Virus record (IMG/VR): IMGVR_UViG_3300042455_001744 | Strand: one strand, 5' to 3' | From: an uncultured virus (IMG/VR IMGVR_UViG_3300042455_001744) | Lineage: Duplodnaviria > Heunggongvirae > Uroviricota > Caudoviricetes | DNA: 20,000 bases | Part shown: positions 9,914 to 18,200 of the stretch, in pieces | Layout: each line of letters opens with the position of its first letter | Numbering within the stretch: the first letter of the stretch is position 1 | The notes under the pieces: model-generated | Seen by the model: the letters and a program-made list of their open reading frames with translations, nothing else | The model's database searches: none | What the model was told of the DNA's origin: nothing | Translations under genes and position numbers: made by a program

Positions 9914-11818
9914 TTATTTTCTTCCCATATATCCTTTAGCACCGTCATTAGTTTTAGCCGCGTGTATCGCATTTATAACCGCAGTACGAACTTTAGGGTC
10001 TTTTAACATAATTTCTAATTGTTTAACATCCATACCTGGAGGTGCATTAACATCTAATTTAAGAGTTATTTCACCGTTAATGTTATTAGTCTTACTTTCA
10101 ACATCCAATATTTTCTCTAACTGTTGTTGACTAATACCTGAACCAATAGAAACGTCTTTTAAAACATCAGTTGACGTTGTGGGATTTATTTTAGTTAATG
10201 TCGGTTCGGAAATTTCTTTTATGGTTTCTTTTTTTTTATTATCAATTAAATCAACATCAACTTTTTCAACTTTACCTGCGTACTCTACAAATTTATCTAA
10301 AATGGTAACAACCGCTTTAGCGTACTCATTTTTACCACCCATAATTTTTTCAGTCTCTTCAGTACCAAATTTTTTAACATCATCATATACTTTAGTAAGA
10401 CCTTCACCAGTTTTTGTGGCAGCGTCCTTAAATGCGTTTGCAACATCAGTCATAGAACCTTCACCTGTTGCTAATTTAGCTAAAGCTGTACTTATACCAC
10501 CAACATTATCATCAAATCCTTTTCTGATACTCGATATATTTAACGCCTTATCGAATGTATTTGCAACACCCAAAACTAATTGATTTTCAGCTTCTAAAAA
10601 TTTACCTGTTGTACTACTTGAAGCAATAGCTTTACCTGTTTTACCTCTTAATGCGTTTAAAGCATTAAGTTGTTCTTTTTCATAAGTATTTGACTCTCTT
10701 AACAACTCTTCAGTAGTCTTTGGTGTATTGGCTTCAAGTAATTCATTTAATTTGTTTTTATCACCACCAATATCCTGAAGAACTTTATTTAAGTCTTGCA
10801 TTTGACCATTAACATTAATTTTCACTTCACCATCTTTTAGTTGTGAAACATTAGTTAATAATTGTTTTTGTTCTTCAGAAATTCCTAAATCACTTGGGAA
10901 TTGAATTTTCTGCATTTTAATCTCAGCCTCTTTCGCTGCTTTAGACATTTTAGATAACTCTCCTGTTGAAATACCCATTTCCTGAGCCAATTGTCTCATT
11001 TTTCGAATACTACCAGGTGCAATTCTAACATTACCTTTAGCGTCTAACTCAGTCAAAGATTTACCCATTTCACCAAGTGACTTAGCAAATTGTTCAGGGT
11101 CATTCATTGACATATTCATCAATTTAAGTGGGTCTAACAATTCACTTTGGGTAACTCCTAATCTTTGGAATGCTGACGCCATTTTAATAGCACCTTCAGG
11201 GTCAAATGCTTTTTCAACAACACCCATTATCGTACCCATATCAACACGTAAAGTCGCAGTGGTTGCCGCCATTTTTGCTAAACCTTCAACACCACCTTGG
11301 AAATTATAGTCATCAAGTTTTCCCATATTTGATAAAACTTGTTCGGTAACTTTTGATAAACTCACACCCATCTCACGAGCAGTGTTAAAAACACCATTCA
11401 TTTCTTCACCAATGTTATACACACTGTAACCCGCATCAACAAACGCCTTTGTTAAAGTTGAAGTACTTTGACCTGCAACTTCAGCAGCTGCGAATAAATC
11501 GTCTTGATAATCAGTCGCTAATAATATGTTCCTACCTGTCGCTTCAATGAGTCCTTTGTGCATTTCTTCAATACTCTCAGCACTACCACCTAACTTAGCA
11601 ACCTCAGAATACGCATCAGTCATCGCACGTTTTATCCCCTCAGCCGATTCACGACCGACACCCATTTGTTTCGCGAGTTTAGAATAAGATTCTTCCGCCG
11701 CAGTAACTTCTTTCATAATACTCCCAATTTTGGTATTACTATCTAAAATTTCTTGTACTTTTTTACTTTTACCGGCCAATCCTTCAGCCATACCGCCTAC
11801 TGATTCTTCATCTTCCAT
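9914..11818 (-). CDS. Tail tape measure protein
   Basis: 634 aa, Ala/Gly/Lys/Glu/Met-rich and helical-looking with no Trp or Cys; TMP-like segments (LRQLAQEMGIS-type); directly downstream of tube and chaperone. Confidence 0.78.
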   Translation of the reverse strand: MEDEESVGGMAEGLAGKSKKVQEILDSNTKIGSIMKEVTAAEESYSKLAKQMGVGRESAEGIKRAMTDAYSEVAKLGGSAESIEEMHKGLIEATGRNILLATDYQDDLFAAAEVAGQSTSTLTKAFVDAGYSVYNIGEEMNGVFNTAREMGVSLSKVTEQVLSNMGKLDDYNFQGGVEGLAKMAATTATLRVDMGTIMGVVEKAFDPEGAIKMASAFQRLGVTQSELLDPLKLMNMSMNDPEQFAKSLGEMGKSLTELDAKGNVRIAPGSIRKMRQLAQEMGISTGELSKMSKAAKEAEIKMQKIQFPSDLGISEEQKQLLTNVSQLKDGEVKINVNGQMQDLNKVLQDIGGDKNKLNELLEANTPKTTEELLRESNTYEKEQLNALNALRGKTGKAIASSSTTGKFLEAENQLVLGVANTFDKALNISSIRKGFDDNVGGISTALAKLATGEGSMTDVANAFKDAATKTGEGLTKVYDDVKKFGTEETEKIMGGKNEYAKAVVTILDKFVEYAGKVEKVDVDLIDNKKKETIKEISEPTLTKINPTTSTDVLKDVSIGSGISQQQLEKILDVESKTNNINGEITLKLDVNAPPGMDVKQLEIMLKDPKVRTAVINAIHAAKTNDGAKGYMGRK

Positions 11819-11831
11819 AATTAATATGTTT

Positions 11832-11839
11832 TATAAATA
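11832..11839 (-). promoter_or_regulatory. TATTTATA motif 13 nt upstream of tape measure ATG
   Basis: Plus strand tataaata, with an overlapping near-copy at 11836-11843. Confidence 0.55.
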
Positions 11840-11876
11840 AATACACCAAAGACGTAATTTAAGTCTTTGGTGTATT
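11840..11876 (-). terminator. Perfect 14-bp stem-loop after the chaperone locus (terminator or processing hairpin)
   Basis: aatacaccaaagac (11840-11853), 9-nt loop, gtctttggtgtatt (11863-11876); the stop codon of the 60-aa ORF is in the loop; only an interrupted U-tract follows. Confidence 0.55.
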
Positions 11877-12041
11877 ATCTTCAATTATTCTATCTATGAT
11901 ATATTTTCGTATGTAAGTAGGGATTTTCAGGAATTCGGAATATTGTGTCCTTAATATTTTTGACATTAAATAATATTCCTCTATTAAATGTTTTCCATAA
12001 TCAGAAGAAAGGGCGAAAAAAGTCCACCCCAAAGGATACAT
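11859..12041 (-). CDS. Small gp51-like / chaperone C-terminal extension ORF, probably expressed by frameshift from the upstream gene
   Basis: HLIEEYYLMSKILRTQYSEFLKIPTYIRKYIIDRIIE resembles the short helical ORFs that lie between tail chaperone and tape measure genes; overlaps the upstream gene by 41 nt in the +1 frame; true start uncertain. Confidence 0.65.
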   Translation of the reverse strand: MYPLGWTFFALSSDYGKHLIEEYYLMSKILRTQYSEFLKIPTYIRKYIIDRIIEDNTPKT

Positions 12042-12759
12042 TAAATGTAACCAATTCTCCTGACGGGGCGTATACTTGTCTTTTTAAATCCAATTGAGGA
12101 ACATTTTCTCTTAATATTTTTCTAATATGTTTTGAATCCATAATAGGTAGTGTAGTAACAAATTGAGATATGTTTCCAAGGTCAGAGTTTCCTTCAATAG
12201 AAACAATCTCTTTCATTAAACGATGTGTAATAATTGGTGCAGTAACCCCTTTTGGATATTTTTCAGATAACTTATCCAACTCAACTGATTCATAAAAAGT
12301 TATCGGTCTTAATTTAACCTCAACATTTGATTTTGGTAAGACAGTACTAAATGTACCATTTTCATCTGGTTTTAATTCACATTCTTTTAAAGCCAAAGTA
12401 TCAATAATCTCAGTATGCTCAAACAATTTATTTGTTTTAGGGTCAACCAAATTAAGTTTATATTCAGGTCCGAAAGATGAATTTCGTAAAAATATTAAAA
12501 CAGATTCAACATCACTTTCAATAAGTTCTTCAGGTCTTAAATCGTGTTCATATATTTTATTTCTTAATAATGAAATTACAATATTTTCTTTATTATCATT
12601 ACTCATTAAATAGTTTTCGTCACTAGCCGTCAAATAACCAACTTTTAATGATGATTTTTTTGACTTATAAAAAATACCTTGTGTTGGTAATTTAATAACG
12701 TCGTGTGGTAAAGTTAAACCTTCGGTCGCTGCCTTTAAAGTATTTTCATCCATTTCCAT
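12001..12759 (-). CDS. Tail assembly chaperone / baseplate hub assembly protein (T4 gp26-like)
   Basis: IKLPTQGIFY...VGYLTASDENYL...LIESDVESVLIFLRNSSFGPEY...LPKSNVEVKLRPIT...LPIMDSKHIR...FGVDFFRP pattern; located between tube and tape measure. Confidence 0.75.
   Translation of the reverse strand: MEMDENTLKAATEGLTLPHDVIKLPTQGIFYKSKKSSLKVGYLTASDENYLMSNDNKENIVISLLRNKIYEHDLRPEELIESDVESVLIFLRNSSFGPEYKLNLVDPKTNKLFEHTEIIDTLALKECELKPDENGTFSTVLPKSNVEVKLRPITFYESVELDKLSEKYPKGVTAPIITHRLMKEIVSIEGNSDLGNISQFVTTLPIMDSKHIRKILRENVPQLDLKRQVYAPSGELVTFNVSFGVDFFRPFF
12013..12021 (-). other. Candidate +1 programmed ribosomal frameshift site TTT TTT CGC
   Basis: In-frame GAC TTT TTT CGC CCT TTC TTC TGA; a +1 slip of tRNA-Phe (UUU to UUC) enters the downstream ORF frame. 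Confidence 0.5.
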
Positions 12760-12864
12760 ATTATGTCTTTTTTTTAAATATAATTCACATACTTTTTATA
12801 TAAAGTATAAAACAAAAAAATCCACGCAAACCAAGTTACGTGGATTGAAATTATATTTGAATAA
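12751..12864. repeat. 114-bp direct repeat, copy 1
   Basis: Ungapped alignment to 13501-13614 with 7 mismatches (107/114); 12811-12864 is identical. Confidence 0.97.
12814..12846 (-). terminator. Rho-independent terminator after the methyltransferase gene
   Basis: Minus strand AATCCACG ... CGTGGATT stem followed by a T run. Confidence 0.8.
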
Positions 12865-12882
12865 CTAAATGTATTAATTATT

Positions 12883-13509
12883 TTAAATTTTTTTGTGAAC
12901 CGAATATTCGTTATACGAATTAATTAGAACTGTTTGATTATTTAAATGATTGTTAATTGAATTAATTACTCCCGGCCATGTAGTATCATCCATAATAATA
13001 TAACCACCTTTCTTAACTAAAGGTAAGTAAAATTGGATATCTTTAGTTACAAATTCTTCGTCGTGATTCCCGTCAATATGAAGAATATCAATAGATTCTT
13101 TTTCTATATTGGTATAGTAATCTTCTGATTTACTTCTAACCAATGATATTGTGTTTTCTAAATTATTTTCACTTATAACTTTTGACAAACCATTATACAA
13201 ATTGTCTAATACAATTTGCTCGTTAAATAAAACCTCATAAGTATATTTTTGTATTTCTTTATCGGGTATTTCATTATATAATGTTTCCATTGAATATGGG
13301 TCAATACCAATTACTTTACCTTTAGTGATTTCTAATGCTTCTGCAAAGTACATTAACGAAGCTCCTTTTAAAACACCAATTTCAACACATAATTGAGCAT
13401 TAGTTTCAATGATTAGGTTTTTAATAACAATCCCTTTAGTGTCATCACAACGTCCACCACCATCATATTGGTCCCGTATGATTAAATCATGTAAGTTTCT
13501 CATTTCCAT
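12883..13509 (-). CDS. Class I SAM-dependent methyltransferase (Methyltransf_24-like)
   Basis: Motif I VEIGVLKGAS, VIGIDPY, IDILHIDGNH, LVKKGGYIIMDD. Confidence 0.9.
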   Translation of the reverse strand: MEMRNLHDLIIRDQYDGGGRCDDTKGIVIKNLIIETNAQLCVEIGVLKGASLMYFAEALEITKGKVIGIDPYSMETLYNEIPDKEIQKYTYEVLFNEQIVLDNLYNGLSKVISENNLENTISLVRSKSEDYYTNIEKESIDILHIDGNHDEEFVTKDIQFYLPLVKKGGYIIMDDTTWPGVINSINNHLNNQTVLINSYNEYSVHKKI

Positions 13510-13614
13510 ATTATATCTTTTTTTTTAATATAATTTACTTTTTTTTTATATAAAGTATATAACAAAAAAATCCACGCAAACCAAGTTACGTGGATTGAAA
13601 TTATATTTGAATAA
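13501..13614. repeat. 114-bp direct repeat, copy 2
   Basis: Offset exactly 750 bp from copy 1; includes ATG GAA ATG start, leader and terminator. Confidence 0.97.
13564..13596 (-). terminator. Rho-independent terminator after the tail tube gene
   Basis: Identical to 12814-12846. Confidence 0.8.
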
Positions 13615-13619
13615 TTTAA

Positions 13620-14108
13620 TTAGTACACTAATATACAACGGTCAGGTCTCAATGTTGCATTAATCTCAGCAATACCATCAGTACTATAACCTAACGAACC
13701 AAAGTCAACACTTGATAACCAAGCACCTTCTAAAATCCATTTCTCAACAACAACACCTGTTGGGTCCAAAAGTTCTAAGTCGATATTTTTCTTATAACCT
13801 GCAGCATAACCCATACGTCCTGTTACTGATTCCGCACATAAACGAACCCATTCCATTAACGCTTGTGATGCCGAAGGTCCGATTGGGTCTCTAAATTTAA
13901 CATTTATATCACCCCAGTTAAAACGACCCGCAACCCAAGTTGAAGTATTTAAGAATTGAATCTCAGTTGCTCCAATAGTTAATTTAGGTCTAGCCGTACT
14001 TTCCACAAACCATTCGTTAATTCCTAATGTTGAAGGGAAACGTAAAATAAACCTGTTTTGTCTTTTAGGTTCATATGGTATCGGCATTTTCATTAATAAA
14101 TCAGCCAT
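13620..14108 (-). CDS. Tail tube protein (T4 gp19-like family)
   Basis: 162 aa; EPKRQNRF, AGRFNWGDINVKFRD, LMEW, YKKNIDLELLDPTGVVVEKWILEGAW.SVDFGSLGY motifs typical of contractile tail tubes. Confidence 0.92.
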   Translation of the reverse strand: MADLLMKMPIPYEPKRQNRFILRFPSTLGINEWFVESTARPKLTIGATEIQFLNTSTWVAGRFNWGDINVKFRDPIGPSASQALMEWVRLCAESVTGRMGYAAGYKKNIDLELLDPTGVVVEKWILEGAWLSSVDFGSLGYSTDGIAEINATLRPDRCILVY

Positions 14109-14144
14109 CTTATCTTATTTTTAATTTTTATGTTTATTTTTGTA

Positions 14145-14152
14145 TATAAATA
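14145..14152 (-). promoter_or_regulatory. TATTTATA motif 36 nt upstream of the tube gene (further copies at 14216-14223 and 14256-14263)
   Basis: Three plus-strand tataaata copies upstream of the tube gene. Confidence 0.6.
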
Positions 14153-14172
14153 GTCTTTGAAATATTTTTCTA

Positions 14173-14201
14173 TTGACTTTTATTTTTATTTTTTTTATAA
14201 T
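14173..14201 (+). promoter_or_regulatory. Sigma70-like promoter TTGACT-N17-TATAAT, antisense to the HAD gene
   Basis: -35 at 14173-14178, 17-bp spacer, -10 at 14196-14201; 11/12 match to consensus. Confidence 0.45.
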
Positions 14202-14332
14202 TCTAGTAATCTAGTTATAAATATTCTAGTTAATTATTTTAATATATTAATTTATTATAAATAGCTTAATATTTTATTAATCATATAATTTTCTAGTAAA
14301 GACTCAGAGTCTGCCTCATTGTTAAGTCTAGT
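14202..14332 (+). repeat. Cluster of five TCTAGT hexamers in very AT-rich DNA
   Basis: Copies start at 14202, 14210, 14225, 14292 and 14327. Confidence 0.7.
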
Positions 14333-15211
14333 TATAACTATTTTTTTCATTCCACCTTCAGAAGTATCTTTCACAACAAAATGTATTTCAGGATAAACTC
14401 TTGAAAGTTCATCTTCTATGTGTTGAACCATACTCCTAACATTACTTATGTCGTCATCTGAAAATCCTAATGAAACCGAACCATATTTACCACTATCAAT
14501 TAATCGACCTACTTTATAATATACTTGGTCTAAAAAGTCTGATAATGCTAATTTCTTATTATGTTCCGGACTAGACGCTCCTTTACTTGAATCCAATTTA
14601 AACCTCTGACCGAATTCTTTTGATGATACAGGGTAGTAATCACCTTTTTCATCTAAATACACGTCAATCAATTGAGAATCGTCTAAATCACCTGTTTTAT
14701 AGTAACCTCCAATTTCTTCGAAGTCCAAAACGTCTTTGATGTTACTAATCATTTCTTGTTTTTCTTCCGGTGTTAATGCGATGTTGATAAATAATTTAAC
14801 ACCTTTTTTAATTACCTTTGGACTATGACCTCTTGCCGTGATAATTGAAAATGGATTTGCATAAATTAATGTTTCTTTGAATTTCTCAAAACTTGGGGAA
14901 AATCTATTATTTTTAACCGCTTTAATAGTGTCCCTTAAAAACGTTTCTGGATGTGTAAAATCTCTAAACGGGTCTTCATCAAAACCTAATATAGTTGACC
15001 CTTCATATTCAAAAGGTTCTTTACCTATTAAATGTCTATATTCCGCAAAATGGTCCGTTGGCATACCAACAGAGTTACCCTCTTCATCTTTAAGATAAAT
15101 TTTAGTTGGCATTCCTAAAATATTATCATCCCAATCTAAAGCATATAATCTTAAATTTCTTTCTTCGGCAACCTCTTTTAATATTTTTTTAATTAAATTT
15201 CTATTACTCAT
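14255..15211 (-). CDS. HAD-superfamily phosphatase-like protein
   Basis: Motif I LDWDDNI, motif II IITARG, motif III Lys (HNKK), motif IV GFSDDD. Confidence 0.72.
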   Translation of the reverse strand: MSNRNLIKKILKEVAEERNLRLYALDWDDNILGMPTKIYLKDEEGNSVGMPTDHFAEYRHLIGKEPFEYEGSTILGFDEDPFRDFTHPETFLRDTIKAVKNNRFSPSFEKFKETLIYANPFSIITARGHSPKVIKKGVKLFINIALTPEEKQEMISNIKDVLDFEEIGGYYKTGDLDDSQLIDVYLDEKGDYYPVSSKEFGQRFKLDSSKGASSPEHNKKLALSDFLDQVYYKVGRLIDSGKYGSVSLGFSDDDISNVRSMVQHIEDELSRVYPEIHFVVKDTSEGGMKKIVITRLNNEADSESLLENYMINKILSYL

Positions 15212-15214
15212 ACC

Positions 15215-15222
15215 TATAAATA
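15215..15222 (-). promoter_or_regulatory. TATTTATA motif 3 nt upstream of the HAD gene ATG
   Basis: Minus strand TATTTATA GGT ATG. Confidence 0.55.
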
Positions 15223-15231
15223 TTATGTTAT

Positions 15232-15261
15232 AAAAAAAAGGGAGAACTAGTCTCCCTTTTT
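15232..15261. terminator. Rho-independent terminator after the sheath gene, potentially bidirectional
   Basis: aaaaaaaa gggaga actag tctccc ttttt: GC stem with A run on the left and T run on the right. Confidence 0.85.
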
Positions 15262-15277
15262 ATTATAGAGTTGTTTG

Positions 15278-18200
15278 TTATATGTTTTCAAACGATGCTC
15301 CTGTCGGTGTAATGTAGAATGTGATATCAATGAACTCTAATGATTTAGTTGGTTTGATGAAAATCTTACCTGTCATTTGATTTCTATCTAAATCAGCAGT
15401 GTCTGACGATACAGTAACTCGGAAATCGTATAAACCTCTGTCTCTTCTAATTGAATCTAAGATAGGGTTAACCGCATTTAAGAAATCTTGTCTTACTTTT
15501 TGGTCGTTTTGTTCAAACAACAATCTCACTGAAACCGCTGAAATCAATTTACGAGCTTGTAATAACAATCTTCTTACGTTTATTCTGTCTAACGCTGATT
15601 CTCTAATTTGAAGAGTTTTGTTACCCCAAATTACTGTACCCACGTCAGAGAATGTCGCGATTGGGTTAATTCTACCTTTATAAAGAGTATCTCTATCTTC
15701 TTGAGTCAATTTCTTACGAGCTTTAACCGCATTTACGATACCTCTTGTGTAACCTGCCGCTGCGAACCAAGGGAACGCGATGTTATCTGTTAACGCTAAG
15801 TTTCTTGTTACCTCAGCAGTTGGTGGTAAATAAATTTGAGTATTATTAACACTATCTCTCGTTAATACCCAAGGGTAGTATGTTGCGGTGTAGTTAGAAT
15901 CAATACCGGTTCCTTCTAAGTTATCTACCGCCTCTTGAGGGTAAATTAAATCATCAGGACTAAATGTTGGTGTAAACATTAGAGTATCAGGTGTTGTTGT
16001 GATATAGATTGAATCCGCTCTATCATTTTCAATCATATCAATTGCGTACTCAACGATATCTGAATGGTTTATATAGTCAACACCAGGAGTTGCAAATACG
16101 TTAATATTAACCGCTTCAGGATTAGAAAAAGTTCTTTGACCTAATAAATAAGCGTAATAGTCAGTATTACCCCAATCTTGAGTGTTATCGTCAACAGTGA
16201 TTTGTTTAAATGCTCCCCAACCTGTAGCTGTAGGGTATTTAACTGAAGGACAAGAGCCTTTTAAGTAACCATTTCTACCTAATGCAAATCTATCAGTATT
16301 TGTTCTTGAATCTCTATAGATATCCCATCCGTCAAAACCACCACCTACTACTAATGTGAATTTACGTGCGTAAAGTCTGTAGTAAGGGTTAGATTCATTT
16401 GATGGGTCAGAACTAAACTCAGCATTACCAGTAAAGAACTTAGTTGTTGCACTTGTGATTGCTGACATAACAAACTTGTTAGTTTGTGGGTCTAATACTT
16501 TTTCGTAGAATGTGTTATTAATCGTAATTGCTGACGCTCTGTTATCCATATGGTAACCTTTTGTTTTAGTATCCCAAATATTACCTGAAACTGCCGTACA
16601 AATATCTAACGGTAATTGTTTACCTTTATAATTAACAAAATCAATATCGTAACCAACTGTATCTGAAAAACCTAAATATGTTCTTCTAACATTATCACCC
16701 GCAGTTTTGATAGTATCATCAGCACCTGATGATAAACCAAATGGTGGGTTATAGATAACTTCACCAGGAAAGTCATATTTAGTTTTGAAAATTGGGAAAG
16801 GTGAACGTGCTCCGTTGTATGTTCTTGTATTATATCCATCGAAACCACAAGGTAACGCATCTATTGGTGCCTCCTCGTTAACTTCAACCATAACATATCT
16901 CGAATTTAATTGGTATTCACCGTCAAGTGTACCGATTTTTTTCGCGATATAGTTATTTTGATTTGGGTCCATCGAGCAGTTAGTGAATTTCTCAATAACT
17001 TGTGGTGCAGAATCGGTATCAAAATAATCTCTAACCATTACGTCAAATGTACCATTACCAAATGAGATATTCGCAATAGAAATTTTAATTTCCATATTAG
17101 CTGCGTAACCATCTGAAATTGTAGTGAACTTGAACAAGTTGTAAACTTTGTTACCTCTTAATTCTGAAACAACCCAAGGTGATTCAGGTGATTGATATTT
17201 CTCTAAATAGAAACCTATTGATGATGGGTCACTACCTTGTCTAGCATTAGGTAAAGCCGTTAAATTAGGATTTAAACCTCTAATAAAACCTTTTCTCCAA
17301 CCGTAATTTAATAAAGCTTGATATCTTTCCTCAACAAATAATGGAACTGATGTTCTATCTTTACTAAAGTTACTCATACCAAATAATTTAGTAACGTATT
17401 TAGCGTCAGAATTAGATAATGAAGTTTCAAATGAATATTGAGTACCTGTTCTACCTGTTGCATTAACTAAGAATGTTAAGTAAGGGTTTTTAGTTACACC
17501 TGAATAAACACCTGACATATCTAAACTTACTTGAGTTAAACCAGATACTTCATAAACCGCACCATCATCATCACTATAATTAGCTAAACCTCTTGAACGT
17601 AAAGTTGTAACAACTAAATCGTCATAATCTTTATACGATTCACCGTCATAATATACTAAATTACCAACAACTGTACCAGTGAAACAATTTGTAATTGTAC
17701 CTGTGTTAATACTACCTATTGTACCTGTAGATGCTGGATTACAAGGGTCATCATTTGTAACACATACTAACCAATTATTAGTTACTGTATTATCCTCAGA
17801 TGTTAATGTATAAGTTAAACAAGTTGTAAAATCATTTGAAGTATCACCACTTACTTGTGCTACCGCACCTATTTTAACATTTGACGTACAAGCACTGAAT
17901 GATGATACTATTTGTGTTGGTGAAATTAATAAGTTATCAGGAAGATAAACAAATATTTCTTTTGTATTGTAATTAATGTTACCAACTGTTGAAGAAATTG
18001 CAACTATATCTAAAATTGCCGTTCCATCACCACCGGCCACTGTTACAGTATCACCAACTTGATAACCTGTACCAGCAGAATAAACAGTTGCACCTGTTAT
18101 TACACCACTATCAACACCAATATTAACTGTTAAACCAACACCATTACCTGTTGTTGTTGTTGCAACGTTAGTTGCGTTTGAATAAGTTGAACCTCCGTTG

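Noticed and set aside
12852..12859. TATATTTG as a Bacteroidota -7 promoter box on the plus strand (also 13602-13609)
   Set aside because: No TTTG -33 element at the expected spacing and no plus-strand gene downstream
12883..13509. Methyltransferase as a DNA methylase or restriction-modification component
   Set aside because: No DPPY/NPPY or PCQ catalytic motif; the HIDGNH and GG.I..DD pattern indicates a small-molecule or sugar O-methyltransferase type
12751..13614. Repeats as a CRISPR array, IS ends or an attL/attR pair
   Set aside because: Only two long direct copies around a gene; no spacer array, terminal inverted repeats, transposase or integrase in the window
401..15793. Plus-strand ORFs in the track (401, 3113, 3550, 4993, 6795, 10179, 13712, 14877, 15399, 15608)
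   Set aside because: Antisense shadows of long minus-strand genes, with F/S/L/I-biased composition and no motifs
7241..16860. Short minus-strand alternative-frame ORFs 7241-7471 and 16672-16860
   Set aside because: Fully nested out of frame within well-supported large genes
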